From Gammaproteobacteria bacterium (GTDB lineage: Bacteria > Pseudomonadota > Gammaproteobacteria > Eutrophobiales > Eutrophobiaceae): 64,000 nucleotides of DNA. Under the pieces are notes generated by a model. It was not told the DNA's origin, made no database searches, and saw nothing but the letters and a program-made list of their open reading frames with translations. A program made the position numbers and the translations under genes. The stretch spans positions 143,921 to 207,920 of the forward strand of contig JANQNX010000014.1 in the NCBI GenBank assembly GCA_028279365.1, in the 5' to 3' direction. How positions within the stretch are numbered: the first letter of the stretch is position 1; every line of letters starts with the position of its first letter. Below are positions 21,114-35,033 of the stretch, one piece after another.

Positions 21114-21201
21114 AGGTGTTTATCAACTCTCGATTAATTTGCATTGAACAATGCCGTGACTGAACAGTCAAATCCGCATCTTATCGTAGAGAGTTAATAT
21201 C

Positions 21202-21933
21202 ATGTCACGATTATTGATTGTTGTTTTGCTGCTATTTGTTTCATCGGTCAACGCGGAAACCCGAATTCAGAGTGGGGATAAACAGGTGAGTTTACTGGAA
21301 CTTTATACATCAGAGGGCTGTAGCAGTTGCCCACCAGCGGATAAGTGGTTGAGTGAGTTAACTGCCCACCCAGGATTGTGGAGTTCAGTGGTACCGGTCG
21401 CGTTTCATGTTGACTATTGGGATTACATTGGCTGGGATGACCGTTTTGCTTCCCCAGAGTATTCTGCTCGTCAAAGGCGTTACGCCAGTGCTAAAAATCT
21501 CAGGACTGTCTACACACCGGGATTTTTATTGAACGGTGAAGAATGGCGTTCGTTTTTTGGCTTACGAAAGCTATCACTTGACGATAGCGGTATGCCCGGA
21601 CAATTAAATGCTGTAGTTGATGGACAATCCATCGATGCGACCTATATCACTAAACAACCTATCCATAGTGACCTTATGATCAACATTGCGGTATTGGGTT
21701 TTGATATTAAGACCGATGTCAAAGCGGGCGAAAATCGAAATCGTCAATTGATACATGATTTTGTTGTGTTGGGACATAAAGTGGTTCCGCTATTTAAGCA
21801 ACAAGGGCGATATGTTGTGAAAACTGATTTGCCGGAGTTAAAACAAACGGCGATGAAAAAAGGTATCGCGCTATGGGTGAACAAACAGCGAGACTTAACG
21901 CCCATACAGGCGGCGGGGAACTGGCTGCAATAA
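21202..21933 (+). CDS. DUF1223 secreted thioredoxin-fold protein
   Basis: Signal peptide and a CSSCPPAD CxxC motif early in the mature protein, typical of DUF1223. Confidence 0.75.
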   Translation: MSRLLIVVLLLFVSSVNAETRIQSGDKQVSLLELYTSEGCSSCPPADKWLSELTAHPGLWSSVVPVAFHVDYWDYIGWDDRFASPEYSARQRRYASAKNLRTVYTPGFLLNGEEWRSFFGLRKLSLDDSGMPGQLNAVVDGQSIDATYITKQPIHSDLMINIAVLGFDIKTDVKAGENRNRQLIHDFVVLGHKVVPLFKQQGRYVVKTDLPELKQTAMKKGIALWVNKQRDLTPIQAAGNWLQ

Positions 21934-21957
21934 TCAATATTGCTGAAATAAAATGAT

Positions 21958-21982
21958 AGCCCGCTTATCGCGGGCTTTTTTA
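21958..21982 (+). terminator. Rho-independent terminator after DUF1223 gene
   Basis: AGCCCGC-TTATC-GCGGGCT followed by TTTTTT. Confidence 0.75.
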
Positions 21983-22030
21983 TCTTCCCAATCCCGGTAG
22001 AATCGACGCTTTATTGATTTCCTGTCGAAC

Positions 22031-23422
22031 ATGCCAGAACAAACTATCAGTCCGGCGTTGCAAAAGAAGACGCTTACTATGGTGTTGGTCAATGCATTCA
22101 CTACCCCGTTAATGTTATCGGCGGTCAATGTTGCTTTGCCATCCATTGCCACCGATCTTTCCATGAGTGCGGTGATGTTGAGTTGGGTACCGATGGCTTA
22201 TCTGATGGCAAGTGCCATGTTCGTGTTGATGTTTGGAAGGTTGGCGGATATGTTTGGCAGGAAGCGCATCTTTTTGGTTGGCACGACTTGCGTCATTATC
22301 ACATCAATCATTGCTGCCTTATCAGTGAATGGCAGCATGATGATTGTTGCGCGTTTTTTACAAGGGATGAGCGCTGCGATGTTATATGCCACACAGGTTG
22401 CGATTGTTTCTTCGGTGTATCCACCACCCAAACGGGGGCGTGTCATCGGCCTGACGGTTTCGATGATATATCTTGGCTTGACTGCCGGGCCGATGGTCGG
22501 GGGGTATATCATTGACCAGTTGGGATGGCGTGCCAGTTTCCTGATACATATCCCACTTGCACTGACTGCGATCATGATCGGGCTGCTATATGTGAAACAG
22601 GATTGGTTAGCAGATACCAGGGGTAGTATGGACATATTTGGTGCCGCCATTTATGCGATAGCGATTTTCTTTCTGTGTCTGTCGGTGTCATACATACCGG
22701 CCACAACAGGCTATGTACTATTTGTCATTGCTCTATTCAGTATTGCTTTTTTTATGTTATTTGAACGAGCCCACAAGCATCCAATATTGAATGTGAATTT
22801 GTTTTTTACCAATCGCGTATTTACTTTTTCATGTCTGGCATCATTAATTATTTACACAGCGACGTTTGCCAACGTGGTACAGGTCAGTTTGTATCTTCAA
22901 TATTTAAAAGCCTTGTCTGCGACAACAGCAGGCTTCATCATGATGTGCCAACCGATCACGATGGCATTATTTTCACCATTAGCGGGCAGGCTATCGGATA
23001 AATTTGAACCACGATATATGGCCAGTGTTGGCGTATTTATCAGCGCTATTGGCCTAAGCCTACTAGCCATGTTGACGGTCGATAGCAGCATTTTCTATTT
23101 GATCATTGCGTTATTTTTGACCGGTCTCGGGTTTGGCTTTTTTTCTTCGCCCAATGTTAATGCCATCATGAGTTCGGTAGAGAAGAAACAGCTGGGCAGT
23201 GCCAACGGTGTGGTGGCGACGATGCGAATTGTTGGACAGATGACCAGTATGATACTGGTTACCTTAGTATTTGCATTGTTGCTGGGAAGCGCTGAGATAA
23301 TGCCTGACAACTATGCCGATTTGGAACAGGCGATAAGAAGTATTTTCACGATTGCTGCGTTGTTATGTTTGCCCGCGTTTTATTTTTCTTTTGCGCGTGG
23401 CAAGTTACATCAATCGCCGTAG
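22031..23422 (+). CDS. MFS transporter (14-TM drug:H+ antiporter-like)
   Basis: 463 aa. MFS motif A region GRLADMFGRKR. DHA2/EmrB-like topology. Confidence 0.75.
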   Translation: MPEQTISPALQKKTLTMVLVNAFTTPLMLSAVNVALPSIATDLSMSAVMLSWVPMAYLMASAMFVLMFGRLADMFGRKRIFLVGTTCVIITSIIAALSVNGSMMIVARFLQGMSAAMLYATQVAIVSSVYPPPKRGRVIGLTVSMIYLGLTAGPMVGGYIIDQLGWRASFLIHIPLALTAIMIGLLYVKQDWLADTRGSMDIFGAAIYAIAIFFLCLSVSYIPATTGYVLFVIALFSIAFFMLFERAHKHPILNVNLFFTNRVFTFSCLASLIIYTATFANVVQVSLYLQYLKALSATTAGFIMMCQPITMALFSPLAGRLSDKFEPRYMASVGVFISAIGLSLLAMLTVDSSIFYLIIALFLTGLGFGFFSSPNVNAIMSSVEKKQLGSANGVVATMRIVGQMTSMILVTLVFALLLGSAEIMPDNYADLEQAIRSIFTIAALLCLPAFYFSFARGKLHQSP

Positions 23423-23685
23423 TGTAAATTTGTCTCCATGACATCCGGTGGCATTTGTAAAAAATAGCCTTTGTCATTTAATGATTGCATCACTTCATCG
23501 ACATCGACACGCGCGAGTTTGCGTTCCGGGCTAAGTTCCAGATCCATTACATGGGTAAGTTGTTTGACCAGAACCAACAGCTCTTGTGGTAAATCTTCCT
23601 GTGTTTTATCTGAGTGAATATAAAGGTACATCTCTTCTTTAGCAGAGCAGCGATAGATGTGACATTCAAGGGTATTCATAGGCAC
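23410..23685 (-). CDS. ycgL: YcgL-domain protein
   Basis: Collinear with E. coli YcgL (CxIYRSxK...YLYV...GYFLQMPP). Confidence 0.65.
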   Translation of the reverse strand: MPMNTLECHIYRCSAKEEMYLYIHSDKTQEDLPQELLVLVKQLTHVMDLELSPERKLARVDVDEVMQSLNDKGYFLQMPPDVMETNLHYGD

Positions 23686-23729
23686 AGTAAAAGGGGCGCG
23701 GTCGCGCCCCCGATATTGAAGTATGAGTG

Positions 23730-25406
23730 TTAGAACAAGCCGACGATATTACCGTTTTCGTCAACGTCAATTTTTTCAGCGGCCGGCACTTTCGGTAAAC
23801 CGGGCATGGTCATCATGTTGCCGGCAATGGCAACAATAAAACCGGCACCGTTAGCAAGACGCACTTCACTGATATGTACATTATGTCCGGAAGGCGCGCC
23901 TATTGCGGTTGGATCGGTAGAAAACGACATTTGCGTCTTGGCCATACACACAGGATAAGAACCGTATTCTTCATTCCAGTCTGCCAGTTGTTTTTTGACT
24001 TTGGCATCTGCAGAGATACTGGCCGCGCCATAGACCTTGGTCGCAATGGCTTCGATTTTATCCCAAAGTGACATATCCGATTCATACACATAGTTATGTT
24101 GTCCGGGATTATTTTCTACAATGTTAACGACTTCGTTTGCCAGATCTTCAGCACCAGCACCGCCTTCTGCCCAGTGTTTCGATAACACGGCTTTGACGTC
24201 AAGTTCATCACATTTGCTTTGCAGTAGCTCAATCTCTGCATCGGTATCAAAGGTAAAGTGATTTACGCAGATGACACAAGGCAGACCGTATACATTTTTG
24301 ATGTTTTCCACATGACGTTTCAGGTTCGACATAATGCCAGCTTCTAATGCTTGCAGGTTCTCTGTATTCAAATCATCTTTGGCTGCACCACCGTGATATT
24401 TCAACGCGCGCACCGTTGCCACCAGTACCACGACTTTAGGACTGAGTCCGGCCATGCGGGTTTTAATATCGATGAATTTTTCCGCACCAAGGTCTGCACC
24501 GAACCCGGCTTCCGTGACACAATAGTCTGCGAGCTTTAATCCAGTCTTGGTCGCGGTGACGGTATTACAACCATGCGCAATGTTCGCAAACGGACCGCCG
24601 TGAATAATCGCAATATTATTTTCCAGAGTTTGCACCAGGTTTGGATTAATGGCGTTATTCAATAATGCTGCCATTGCCCCATGCGCTTTAAGATCGCTGG
24701 CAAAGATTGGCGTTTTGTTATCGCGCTTGTAGCCAATAATGATCTTGCCCAGGCGTTCTTTTAAATCTTCTCGACTGGTGGCCAGGCAAAGGATGGCCAT
24801 GATCTCGGATGCAACGACAATGTCGAAGCCGTCTTCGCGCGGATAGCCATTGGCAGGCCCGCCCTGTGCGACAGTAATTTTACGTAATGCGCGATCGTTC
24901 ATGTCGACGACGCGTTTCCATTGAATACGACGTACATCGATACCAAGTTCATTGCCATGATTGACATGGTTATCAATCATTGCGGATAGCAAGGCATGGG
25001 CAACACCAATGGCATGGAAGTCGCCGGTGAAATGCAGATTGATATCTTCCATCGGTACAACCTGGGCGTAACCACCCCCGGCTGCACCGCCTTTCATACC
25101 AAAGCAAGGACCGAGCGACGGTTCACGCAGACACATAATGGCTTTTTTACCGACCCTATTTAATGCGTCACCGAGACCGACGGTCGTGGTCGTCTTCCCT
25201 TCACCAGCAGGGGTGGGACTGATGGCTGTGACCAGCACCAGGTTTCCTTCTTGATTGCCCTCAAGACTCTTGACGTAATCTAGCGATAATTTCGCTTTAA
25301 AGTGTCCATAAGGTTCGAGATGCTCACTAGCAATCCCATATTGATCCTGGGCAAGATCAACAATGCGTTTTTTGTCGGCTTTTTGTGCTATTTCAATATC
25401 TGACAT
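23730..25406 (-). CDS. fhs: Formate--tetrahydrofolate ligase
   Basis: 558 aa FTHFS signatures ([35 protein letters not shown]). Confidence 0.9.
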   Translation of the reverse strand: MSDIEIAQKADKKRIVDLAQDQYGIASEHLEPYGHFKAKLSLDYVKSLEGNQEGNLVLVTAISPTPAGEGKTTTTVGLGDALNRVGKKAIMCLREPSLGPCFGMKGGAAGGGYAQVVPMEDINLHFTGDFHAIGVAHALLSAMIDNHVNHGNELGIDVRRIQWKRVVDMNDRALRKITVAQGGPANGYPREDGFDIVVASEIMAILCLATSREDLKERLGKIIIGYKRDNKTPIFASDLKAHGAMAALLNNAINPNLVQTLENNIAIIHGGPFANIAHGCNTVTATKTGLKLADYCVTEAGFGADLGAEKFIDIKTRMAGLSPKVVVLVATVRALKYHGGAAKDDLNTENLQALEAGIMSNLKRHVENIKNVYGLPCVICVNHFTFDTDAEIELLQSKCDELDVKAVLSKHWAEGGAGAEDLANEVVNIVENNPGQHNYVYESDMSLWDKIEAIATKVYGAASISADAKVKKQLADWNEEYGSYPVCMAKTQMSFSTDPTAIGAPSGHNVHISEVRLANGAGFIVAIAGNMMTMPGLPKVPAAEKIDVDENGNIVGLF

Positions 25407-25600
25407 GCTGCTCTCCCTAAAACTTTTTTAAATACAGATTGTTATGTTGTTGCTGTGATAATATTTCTGTGCTCAACAATGAATTCAATCATAGAATTCC
25501 GGCACATGTTTAATTCTTATAGATATAGTCTACCTTGATGATGCGCGTTTCACTAACCCGAAATAATTATTTCCCGAAAATATTGACTTACTAATAGCGA

Positions 25601-27337
25601 ATGATAGCCACGTTTCAGTCATTATTAGAGCGATTGCGCGAAGTGCTGGCCGGTAAAAGAGCGCTATTCGTGCTGTCGTTACTTGGCTTATTGACCGGTA
25701 TTCTTGTGGGCGTTGTTATTAGTCTGTTTCGATTCAGTATGGAACTGCCACAGACCGCGTTATTACCCGGCGGTAATCCCGAGAACTATGAAGCGCTCTC
25801 CTGGGAGGTAAGGCTGTGCCTTGCCAGTGGCGGCGGTTTACTCATGGGTCTGCTATTTCATTTTGCCAGTCCGCAACCGCTCAGGGTTGGGGTATTACAT
25901 GTGCTGGAGCGTTTGTCGTATAACGAAGCCCACTTGCCGTTCAAGAATATGTTGATGCAATTTATCGGTGGCGTGTTAGCCGTCTTTTCAGGGCAGTCAG
26001 TGGGCAGGGAGGGGCCGAGTGTGCACATCGGTGCGGCCAATGCCAGTCTGCTCGGGCAATTATTACGTCTGCCTAATACCAGCATTCGTACTCTGGTAGG
26101 TTGTGGTGCGGCGGCGGCCATTGCCGCGTCATTTAATACGCCGCTGGCTGGCGTTATCTTTGCGATGGAAGTGATACTGATGGAATATACCATTGCTGGT
26201 TTTACTCCGATTATCTTATCTGCCGTCAGTGCGACTGTTGTTTGTCGGTTGGTATTCGGCAACGAGCCGATATTGACACTACAGCAGGTATCGCTGTCCT
26301 CTTTTTGGGAATTACCGGCAATTGTATTAATGGGGATTGTGATAGGGGGACTGGCGGCGCTGTTTATTCGTATAACCCGACTGATCACGTTTTATGGTCA
26401 ACGATTAACTATCGTCCTGCGCATGACATTGGCAGGCATACTGGTGGGTTTGATCGCGATCATTTGCCCAGAAGTGATGGGAGTAGGTGCCGATAGCTTT
26501 GATTTGATTGCGCTAGGTGAACTCGGTCTGACAGCATTGTTGTTAATCCTGCTAGCGAAAATTCTGGCTACGTCAATTTCGGTCGGTCTGAGTATTCCGG
26601 GAGGTTTGATAGGGCCGACGGTATTTATTGGCGCGATTGCTGGCGGTATTGCCGGGCAGTTGCTCTCTGCTCAATTCGATAATTTTTCCGAGATTGGTTT
26701 ATATACCTTGCTGGGGATGGGAGCGATGATGAGCGCTACCTTGCAAGCACCGCTGGCAGCGTTGCTGGCCTTGCTCGAACTTAGCGGTAACCAAAATATT
26801 ATTTTTCCGGCAATGTTAGCCGTGGTCAGCGCCAATTTGTGTGCGCAGGAGTTATTTAAGTGTCAGTCCATCTTTATGAGTCAGTTCAAGGAGATTGGAC
26901 TGGATTATCGTAACGATCCGATTTCACAACACCTGCGCAGAATCGCCGTGGATACCGTCATTAATAATGCCTATGTGGTATCCGAACCCGTGATTAAACG
27001 CGCTGCCGCGATAGCTTATCTAACTTCCAAACCTGACTGGTTATTAATTCGTCGTAGCGATGATGTGAATCTGTTGATGCCCGCGGCCGATCTTGCCAGG
27101 TACCTAGAAAATACTATGCAGCAGGATGAGCAGGAAGAGATTGAGCTGTTGGAAATTCCTGCCAAGCGTCGACAACTAGGGACAGTGAATCTGGGCTCTA
27201 CCTTGCAGTATGCCCAGCAACTGATCAACGAGACCGACGCGGAAGCGCTGTATGTTATTCGACGCATAGGGCAATCGGCAGATCGCATCTACGGCATTAT
27301 TACACCAGAAGAAATAGAGAAACATTATCGTTTTTAA
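25601..27337 (+). CDS. ClC-family chloride channel / H+-Cl- antiporter
   Basis: Selectivity motifs GREGPSVHIG and GLSIPGG(L)IGP. 578 aa with a C-terminal cytoplasmic domain. Confidence 0.8.
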   Translation: MIATFQSLLERLREVLAGKRALFVLSLLGLLTGILVGVVISLFRFSMELPQTALLPGGNPENYEALSWEVRLCLASGGGLLMGLLFHFASPQPLRVGVLHVLERLSYNEAHLPFKNMLMQFIGGVLAVFSGQSVGREGPSVHIGAANASLLGQLLRLPNTSIRTLVGCGAAAAIAASFNTPLAGVIFAMEVILMEYTIAGFTPIILSAVSATVVCRLVFGNEPILTLQQVSLSSFWELPAIVLMGIVIGGLAALFIRITRLITFYGQRLTIVLRMTLAGILVGLIAIICPEVMGVGADSFDLIALGELGLTALLLILLAKILATSISVGLSIPGGLIGPTVFIGAIAGGIAGQLLSAQFDNFSEIGLYTLLGMGAMMSATLQAPLAALLALLELSGNQNIIFPAMLAVVSANLCAQELFKCQSIFMSQFKEIGLDYRNDPISQHLRRIAVDTVINNAYVVSEPVIKRAAAIAYLTSKPDWLLIRRSDDVNLLMPAADLARYLENTMQQDEQEEIELLEIPAKRRQLGTVNLGSTLQYAQQLINETDAEALYVIRRIGQSADRIYGIITPEEIEKHYRF

Positions 27338-27503
27338 ACGAAAGTTTTTAATTAAATTCGTGATTGATAGATGGTGAAATCCGAGCAAACCTGATAGCAT
27401 TATATCCCCTGAATATGTTGATATTTAGGCACTCTTTTACCACTGACAACGGTTTCTTCGAACCGCACAGTTTACTTCCCTCTGAAATATCATCTATCAC
27501 TGA

Positions 27504-29970
<2,467 letters not shown>

Positions 29971-29977
29971 CGAGTAG

Positions 29978-31270
<1,293 letters not shown>

Positions 31271-31292
31271 ATCGATTAATGAACATGCTGCT

Positions 31293-31589
31293 ATGAGGCC
31301 AATGACTATCATTTTTATCCTGCTGCTGGTATTGCTACAGTATCGACTGTGGTTTGGTAATGGCAGCATGCGAGAGGTCTACCAGCTTCAGGATGAAATG
31401 GCTCAGCTTGAAGTAGAGAATAATAAGTTACTTGAACGTAACCGATCACTCGCAGCGGAAGTGAGTGATCTGAAGCAGGGCGAGGCAGCCATTGAAGAAC
31501 GTGCGCGAAGTGAGATGGGTATGATTCGATATGATGAAACGTTTTATCAGATTATTGATTACTCGGCTGCGCAAACCACGATTAATTAA
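31293..31589 (+). CDS. ftsB: Cell division protein FtsB
   Basis: 98 aa with a TM helix plus coiled coil. Conserved position between eno and ispD. Confidence 0.8.
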   Translation: MRPMTIIFILLLVLLQYRLWFGNGSMREVYQLQDEMAQLEVENNKLLERNRSLAAEVSDLKQGEAAIEERARSEMGMIRYDETFYQIIDYSAAQTTIN

Positions 31590-31594
31590 TTCAT

Positions 31595-32287
31595 ATGTCA
31601 GACAAGCCGCGCTATTGGGTAGTGATTCCTGCCGCAGGAATTGGTAAACGTGTTGGCGCTGATCAGCCCAAGCAATATATTACGATTCATTCGAAAACAA
31701 TTCTTGAACATACTATCGATTGTTTTATTGAACGTGCTGACATTACCGGTATCGTCGTCGCGATTGCGAAAGACGATCCTTATTGGCAAACATTGGCTAT
31801 TCATAATCATGAAAAAATTATCACAGCGCCAGGCGGTAAGGAACGGTTTCAATCTGTGACTAATTCGTTGCATGCTTTGCTTGATATGGCTGATCAAAAT
31901 GACTGGGTGATGGTGCATGATGCGGCGCGGCCATGTTTAAGCCAGGCTGCAATTGATCGATTAATAAAGGAATTAGCGCAGCATGATGTCGGAGGTATTT
32001 TGGCCATGCCTTGTCGGGACACGATGAAGCGTGCGGATAGTAATAATGACATAGTTGAAACAGTCGAACGCGAACAGCTATGGCATGCGCAAACACCGCA
32101 AATGTTTCGTTATCATTTTTTGTTGTCGGCGTTAAACGACGTTGTCGAACAAAGTAAGTTAGTAACCGATGAAGCCATGGCAATTGAACAACTGGGCTTA
32201 CAACCAAAATTGATTCAAGGCCATCATGAGAATCTAAAAATAACCCATAAAGATGATCTTCAGCATGCTGAAACGTACCTAGTATGA
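31595..32287 (+). CDS. ispD: 2-C-methyl-D-erythritol 4-phosphate cytidylyltransferase
   Basis: N-terminal VIPAAGIGKR motif; 230 aa. Confidence 0.85.
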   Translation: MSDKPRYWVVIPAAGIGKRVGADQPKQYITIHSKTILEHTIDCFIERADITGIVVAIAKDDPYWQTLAIHNHEKIITAPGGKERFQSVTNSLHALLDMADQNDWVMVHDAARPCLSQAAIDRLIKELAQHDVGGILAMPCRDTMKRADSNNDIVETVEREQLWHAQTPQMFRYHFLLSALNDVVEQSKLVTDEAMAIEQLGLQPKLIQGHHENLKITHKDDLQHAETYLV

Positions 32288-32775
32288 ATGAGATAAAAAA
32301 AATGCGAATCGGTCATGGTTATGACACACATCGATTAGTTGAGAACAGAAAATTAATTCTTGGTGGTGTCACCATTCCTTTTGAAAAAGGTTTGGAAGGT
32401 CATTCTGATGCAGATGCTGTGATCCATTGTTTGTGTGATGCTTTATTGGGCGCGATGGCAATGGGTGATATTGGCAAGTTTTTTCCCGATACCGATGCTG
32501 CATTCAAAAACATTAACAGTCGACTGTTACTTCAACAAGTTCATGATTTTATGAAAGAAAAAAATTATGTACTGGTTAATGCTGACATCACTATCTTGGC
32601 ACAAGCGCCAAAAATGGCAGCGCATATTCCTGCCATGATTAATAATCTTTGTGGCGATCTTCAGGTTGATCATTCTCAAATTAATATCAAAGCGACCACA
32701 ACTGAAAAGATGGGATTTATCGGAAACGGCGAAGGGATATCTTCCTACGCTGTCGTTTTACTTCACCATCAATAG
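32284..32775 (+). CDS. ispF: 2-C-methyl-D-erythritol 2,4-cyclodiphosphate synthase
   Basis: RIGHGYDTHRL and SDADxVxHxxxDALLGA motifs. ATGA overlap with ispD. Confidence 0.9.
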   Translation: MNEIKKMRIGHGYDTHRLVENRKLILGGVTIPFEKGLEGHSDADAVIHCLCDALLGAMAMGDIGKFFPDTDAAFKNINSRLLLQQVHDFMKEKNYVLVNADITILAQAPKMAAHIPAMINNLCGDLQVDHSQINIKATTTEKMGFIGNGEGISSYAVVLLHHQ

Positions 32776-32815
32776 TTAATCACCGACTTTCATTTCTTTT
32801 TTTTCTCTTATAGCG

Positions 32816-32850
32816 TTGACTAGTTATCTAACGATACGAGTCAAAGTCAA
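32816..32850. promoter_or_regulatory. Operator-like hexamer repeats upstream of rpfF-like gene
   Basis: TTGACT-N17-AGTCAA-AGTCAA: an inverted repeat plus a tandem copy of the same hexamer, about 77 nt upstream of the ATG at 32927. Confidence 0.25.
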
Positions 32851-32926
32851 TTTCTTTTAATTTTACTTTCGGATTCATCGTTAGCTCTGACGAATTATGC
32901 AGTAAACATTTTTCAGGAGCACTACC

Positions 32927-33832
32927 ATGAAGACATTAGATTTTTTAGCTAAAAAAGTAACCGATGATTTAAAACATATCGATTATCAGTTTGATGAATC
33001 AGAAGGGCTCATATGGGTTTATCTGGATGCCAGTCCAAGACCCTGTGTGACGCCTCAGCTTGTCAATGATATTCGTAATTTACATAGAACTATTGAAATC
33101 AATCACGGCAAGCTGCCGACAAAGAATGGATTGAAAACGGTGAAATACCATGTGCTTGATGCGCATGCAGACGGTGTTTTCAGTCTTGGCGGTGACCTTG
33201 CCTATTTTCTTCAGTGTTTAAAAACCAAAGATAGAATCGCGTTAAAGAATTATGCAAGAAGCTGTGTCAACGCCATTTATCCCATCATGGTCGATTTTGA
33301 ATTGCCTATTACTACAATTTCATTAGTCAGGGGTAATGCTCTTGGTGGCGGTTTTGAAATTGCCTTGTCGGGAGATGTTGTTATTGCTGAACGTTCTGCG
33401 CAAATGGGTTTTCCGGAAATACTCTTCAACACGTTTCCAGGTATGGGTGCATTTCAATCGTTAAGCTATCGCGTTGGGCTTAATCAGGCTAGCAAGATGA
33501 TAAAGAGTGCCAAGTTATATCAGGCCGAAGAACTCTATAACATGGGTATCGTTGACATTTTAGTCGATGACCACTCTGGTGAAGAAGCGGTTTATTCATT
33601 TATCCAGGATAACAACAAGCACTGGAATGGTAACAAGTCGATACAGTCTGTCTCCAATCGGCTTAAGCATTTTGAATATCGGGAAATTATGGATATTTGT
33701 TGTAACGACTGGGTGAATTCAGTCTTCAGTATGTCTGAAAGAGATATGCGAACGGTATCCCGGTTGTTGCGAAGTCAACAACGATATGTCTCAGACAATA
33801 AAGCCCAGGCATTGCGTCACGTCTCTGCTTAA
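32927..33832 (+). CDS. rpfF: DSF-family signal synthase (RpfF-like crotonase)
   Basis: Crotonase fold collinear with Xanthomonas RpfF (as I recall it): VFSLGGDLAYF, GNALGGGFEIALS, GFPEILFNTFPGMGA with both catalytic Glu retained, and a C-terminal ...RDMRTVSRLLRSQ tail. AGGAG RBS. Confidence 0.75.
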   Translation: MKTLDFLAKKVTDDLKHIDYQFDESEGLIWVYLDASPRPCVTPQLVNDIRNLHRTIEINHGKLPTKNGLKTVKYHVLDAHADGVFSLGGDLAYFLQCLKTKDRIALKNYARSCVNAIYPIMVDFELPITTISLVRGNALGGGFEIALSGDVVIAERSAQMGFPEILFNTFPGMGAFQSLSYRVGLNQASKMIKSAKLYQAEELYNMGIVDILVDDHSGEEAVYSFIQDNNKHWNGNKSIQSVSNRLKHFEYREIMDICCNDWVNSVFSMSERDMRTVSRLLRSQQRYVSDNKAQALRHVSA

Positions 33833-33871
33833 AAAAAACATTCATAATTTTCAAATTCAAAGGAGTAAAAA

Positions 33872-34984
33872 ATGAATACTATTGGTACGAAAAGTTTAAG
33901 GCCTTCAATATCAGAGTTTGTAAACCCATCTAACAAGACAGCTCTTGTTATATTTTTAATAGATATGACAATCTATGTCAGTGCAGTGGCCGGGATCATA
34001 TTTTTTGAAAGCCTTGTGTTAAAGGCATTATGTAGTATTTTATGTGGACTAAAAATGGCCTCGCTATTTGTTATTGCACATGATGCAGCACATGACAATT
34101 ACACAAAAAGTAAATGGCTAAATAAAGTGATTGCTCGATTGGCATTCTTACCGTGTTACCACAATTATAGTTTGTGGTTGATTGTTCACAACCGTTTGCA
34201 CCATCAGCTGACAAATATAAAGGGGGTCAATTCCTGGTCGCCGCTATCAAAACAAGATTTTGATAATTTGCCAAAATACCGCCAGTTATTGGAAAAGTTT
34301 TACAGAAGTCCATTTGGTATTAGTTTTAATTATATGATTGAGCGTTGGTTAAAGGATAAATTTTTTCCTTTTGTCAGACTGACAAAAGGAAAAAATGGAG
34401 CACACTGGCTGGATTTCACTATGGTTTCAGGTTTTCTTTTTTCACAGATCATGTTTTTCACATACTTGGGCTTTGTCTCTCCGGAAATAGGTGTGTTCGG
34501 TTCTTTATTGTTGGGAGTCGTTGCTCCATTTATGGTTTTTTGTTACATGGTTGGTTTCTCGGTGTATCAGCAGCATACGCATGAAATGGTACCGTGGTTT
34601 ACCACGCTGGAGGAGAGGGATGCATGTTGTGATGTAGAGGATTTAACAATACATGTTAAATACCCAAAGTGGTATAACTTGATCAGTCATAATGTGATGG
34701 AACACACTGCACATCATGTTGATCCCAGAATTCCGTCCTATGAGTTATCAAAAGCGCAGTCTGTATTACTGAAAGTTCTGGGCGATGATATCTTATCGAT
34801 TAATTTTTCGTTTTCCGATTTCATAAAAACCATGCAGCTATGTAAGTTATATGATTATGACACGCATTGCTGGCTTGATTTTGATGGCAATGTTACGAAC
34901 CCAACAGTACTAGCTTTTATAAAAGATAAGGATCATTCTGTCAATGGTTCGAGGACAGTTGATGAGTTTCCTAATGCGGCATAA
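33872..34984 (+). CDS. Membrane fatty-acid desaturase (three His-box family)
   Basis: His boxes HDAAHD, HNRLHH and HTAHH plus TM segments. AAAGGAG RBS. It lies 39 nt after the rpfF-like gene, so the two are likely co-transcribed. Confidence 0.8.
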   Translation: MNTIGTKSLRPSISEFVNPSNKTALVIFLIDMTIYVSAVAGIIFFESLVLKALCSILCGLKMASLFVIAHDAAHDNYTKSKWLNKVIARLAFLPCYHNYSLWLIVHNRLHHQLTNIKGVNSWSPLSKQDFDNLPKYRQLLEKFYRSPFGISFNYMIERWLKDKFFPFVRLTKGKNGAHWLDFTMVSGFLFSQIMFFTYLGFVSPEIGVFGSLLLGVVAPFMVFCYMVGFSVYQQHTHEMVPWFTTLEERDACCDVEDLTIHVKYPKWYNLISHNVMEHTAHHVDPRIPSYELSKAQSVLLKVLGDDILSINFSFSDFIKTMQLCKLYDYDTHCWLDFDGNVTNPTVLAFIKDKDHSVNGSRTVDEFPNAA

Positions 34985-35009
34985 TTAAATCGCGATAACC
35001 CCTAAAGAA

Positions 35010-35031
35010 AACCAGACAGGGAAGTCTGGTT
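35010..35031. terminator. Bidirectional terminator hairpin between convergent desaturase and sensor-kinase genes
   Basis: AACCAGAC-AGGGAA-GTCTGGTT, a perfect 8 bp stem, in the 49 nt convergent gap. Confidence 0.5.
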
Positions 35032-35033
35032 AT

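Noticed and set aside
21114-21201. Possible glycine riboswitch upstream of agcS
   Set aside because: The leader is only about 88 nt and lacks the conserved GGAGAG/ACCGAAGG-type aptamer elements. It is too short for a glycine aptamer.
25407-25600. ZTP (pfl) riboswitch upstream of fhs
   Set aside because: Reading the fhs leader strand, I could not find the conserved pfl sub-domain sequences or the pseudoknot. It would need a covariance-model scan to exclude completely.
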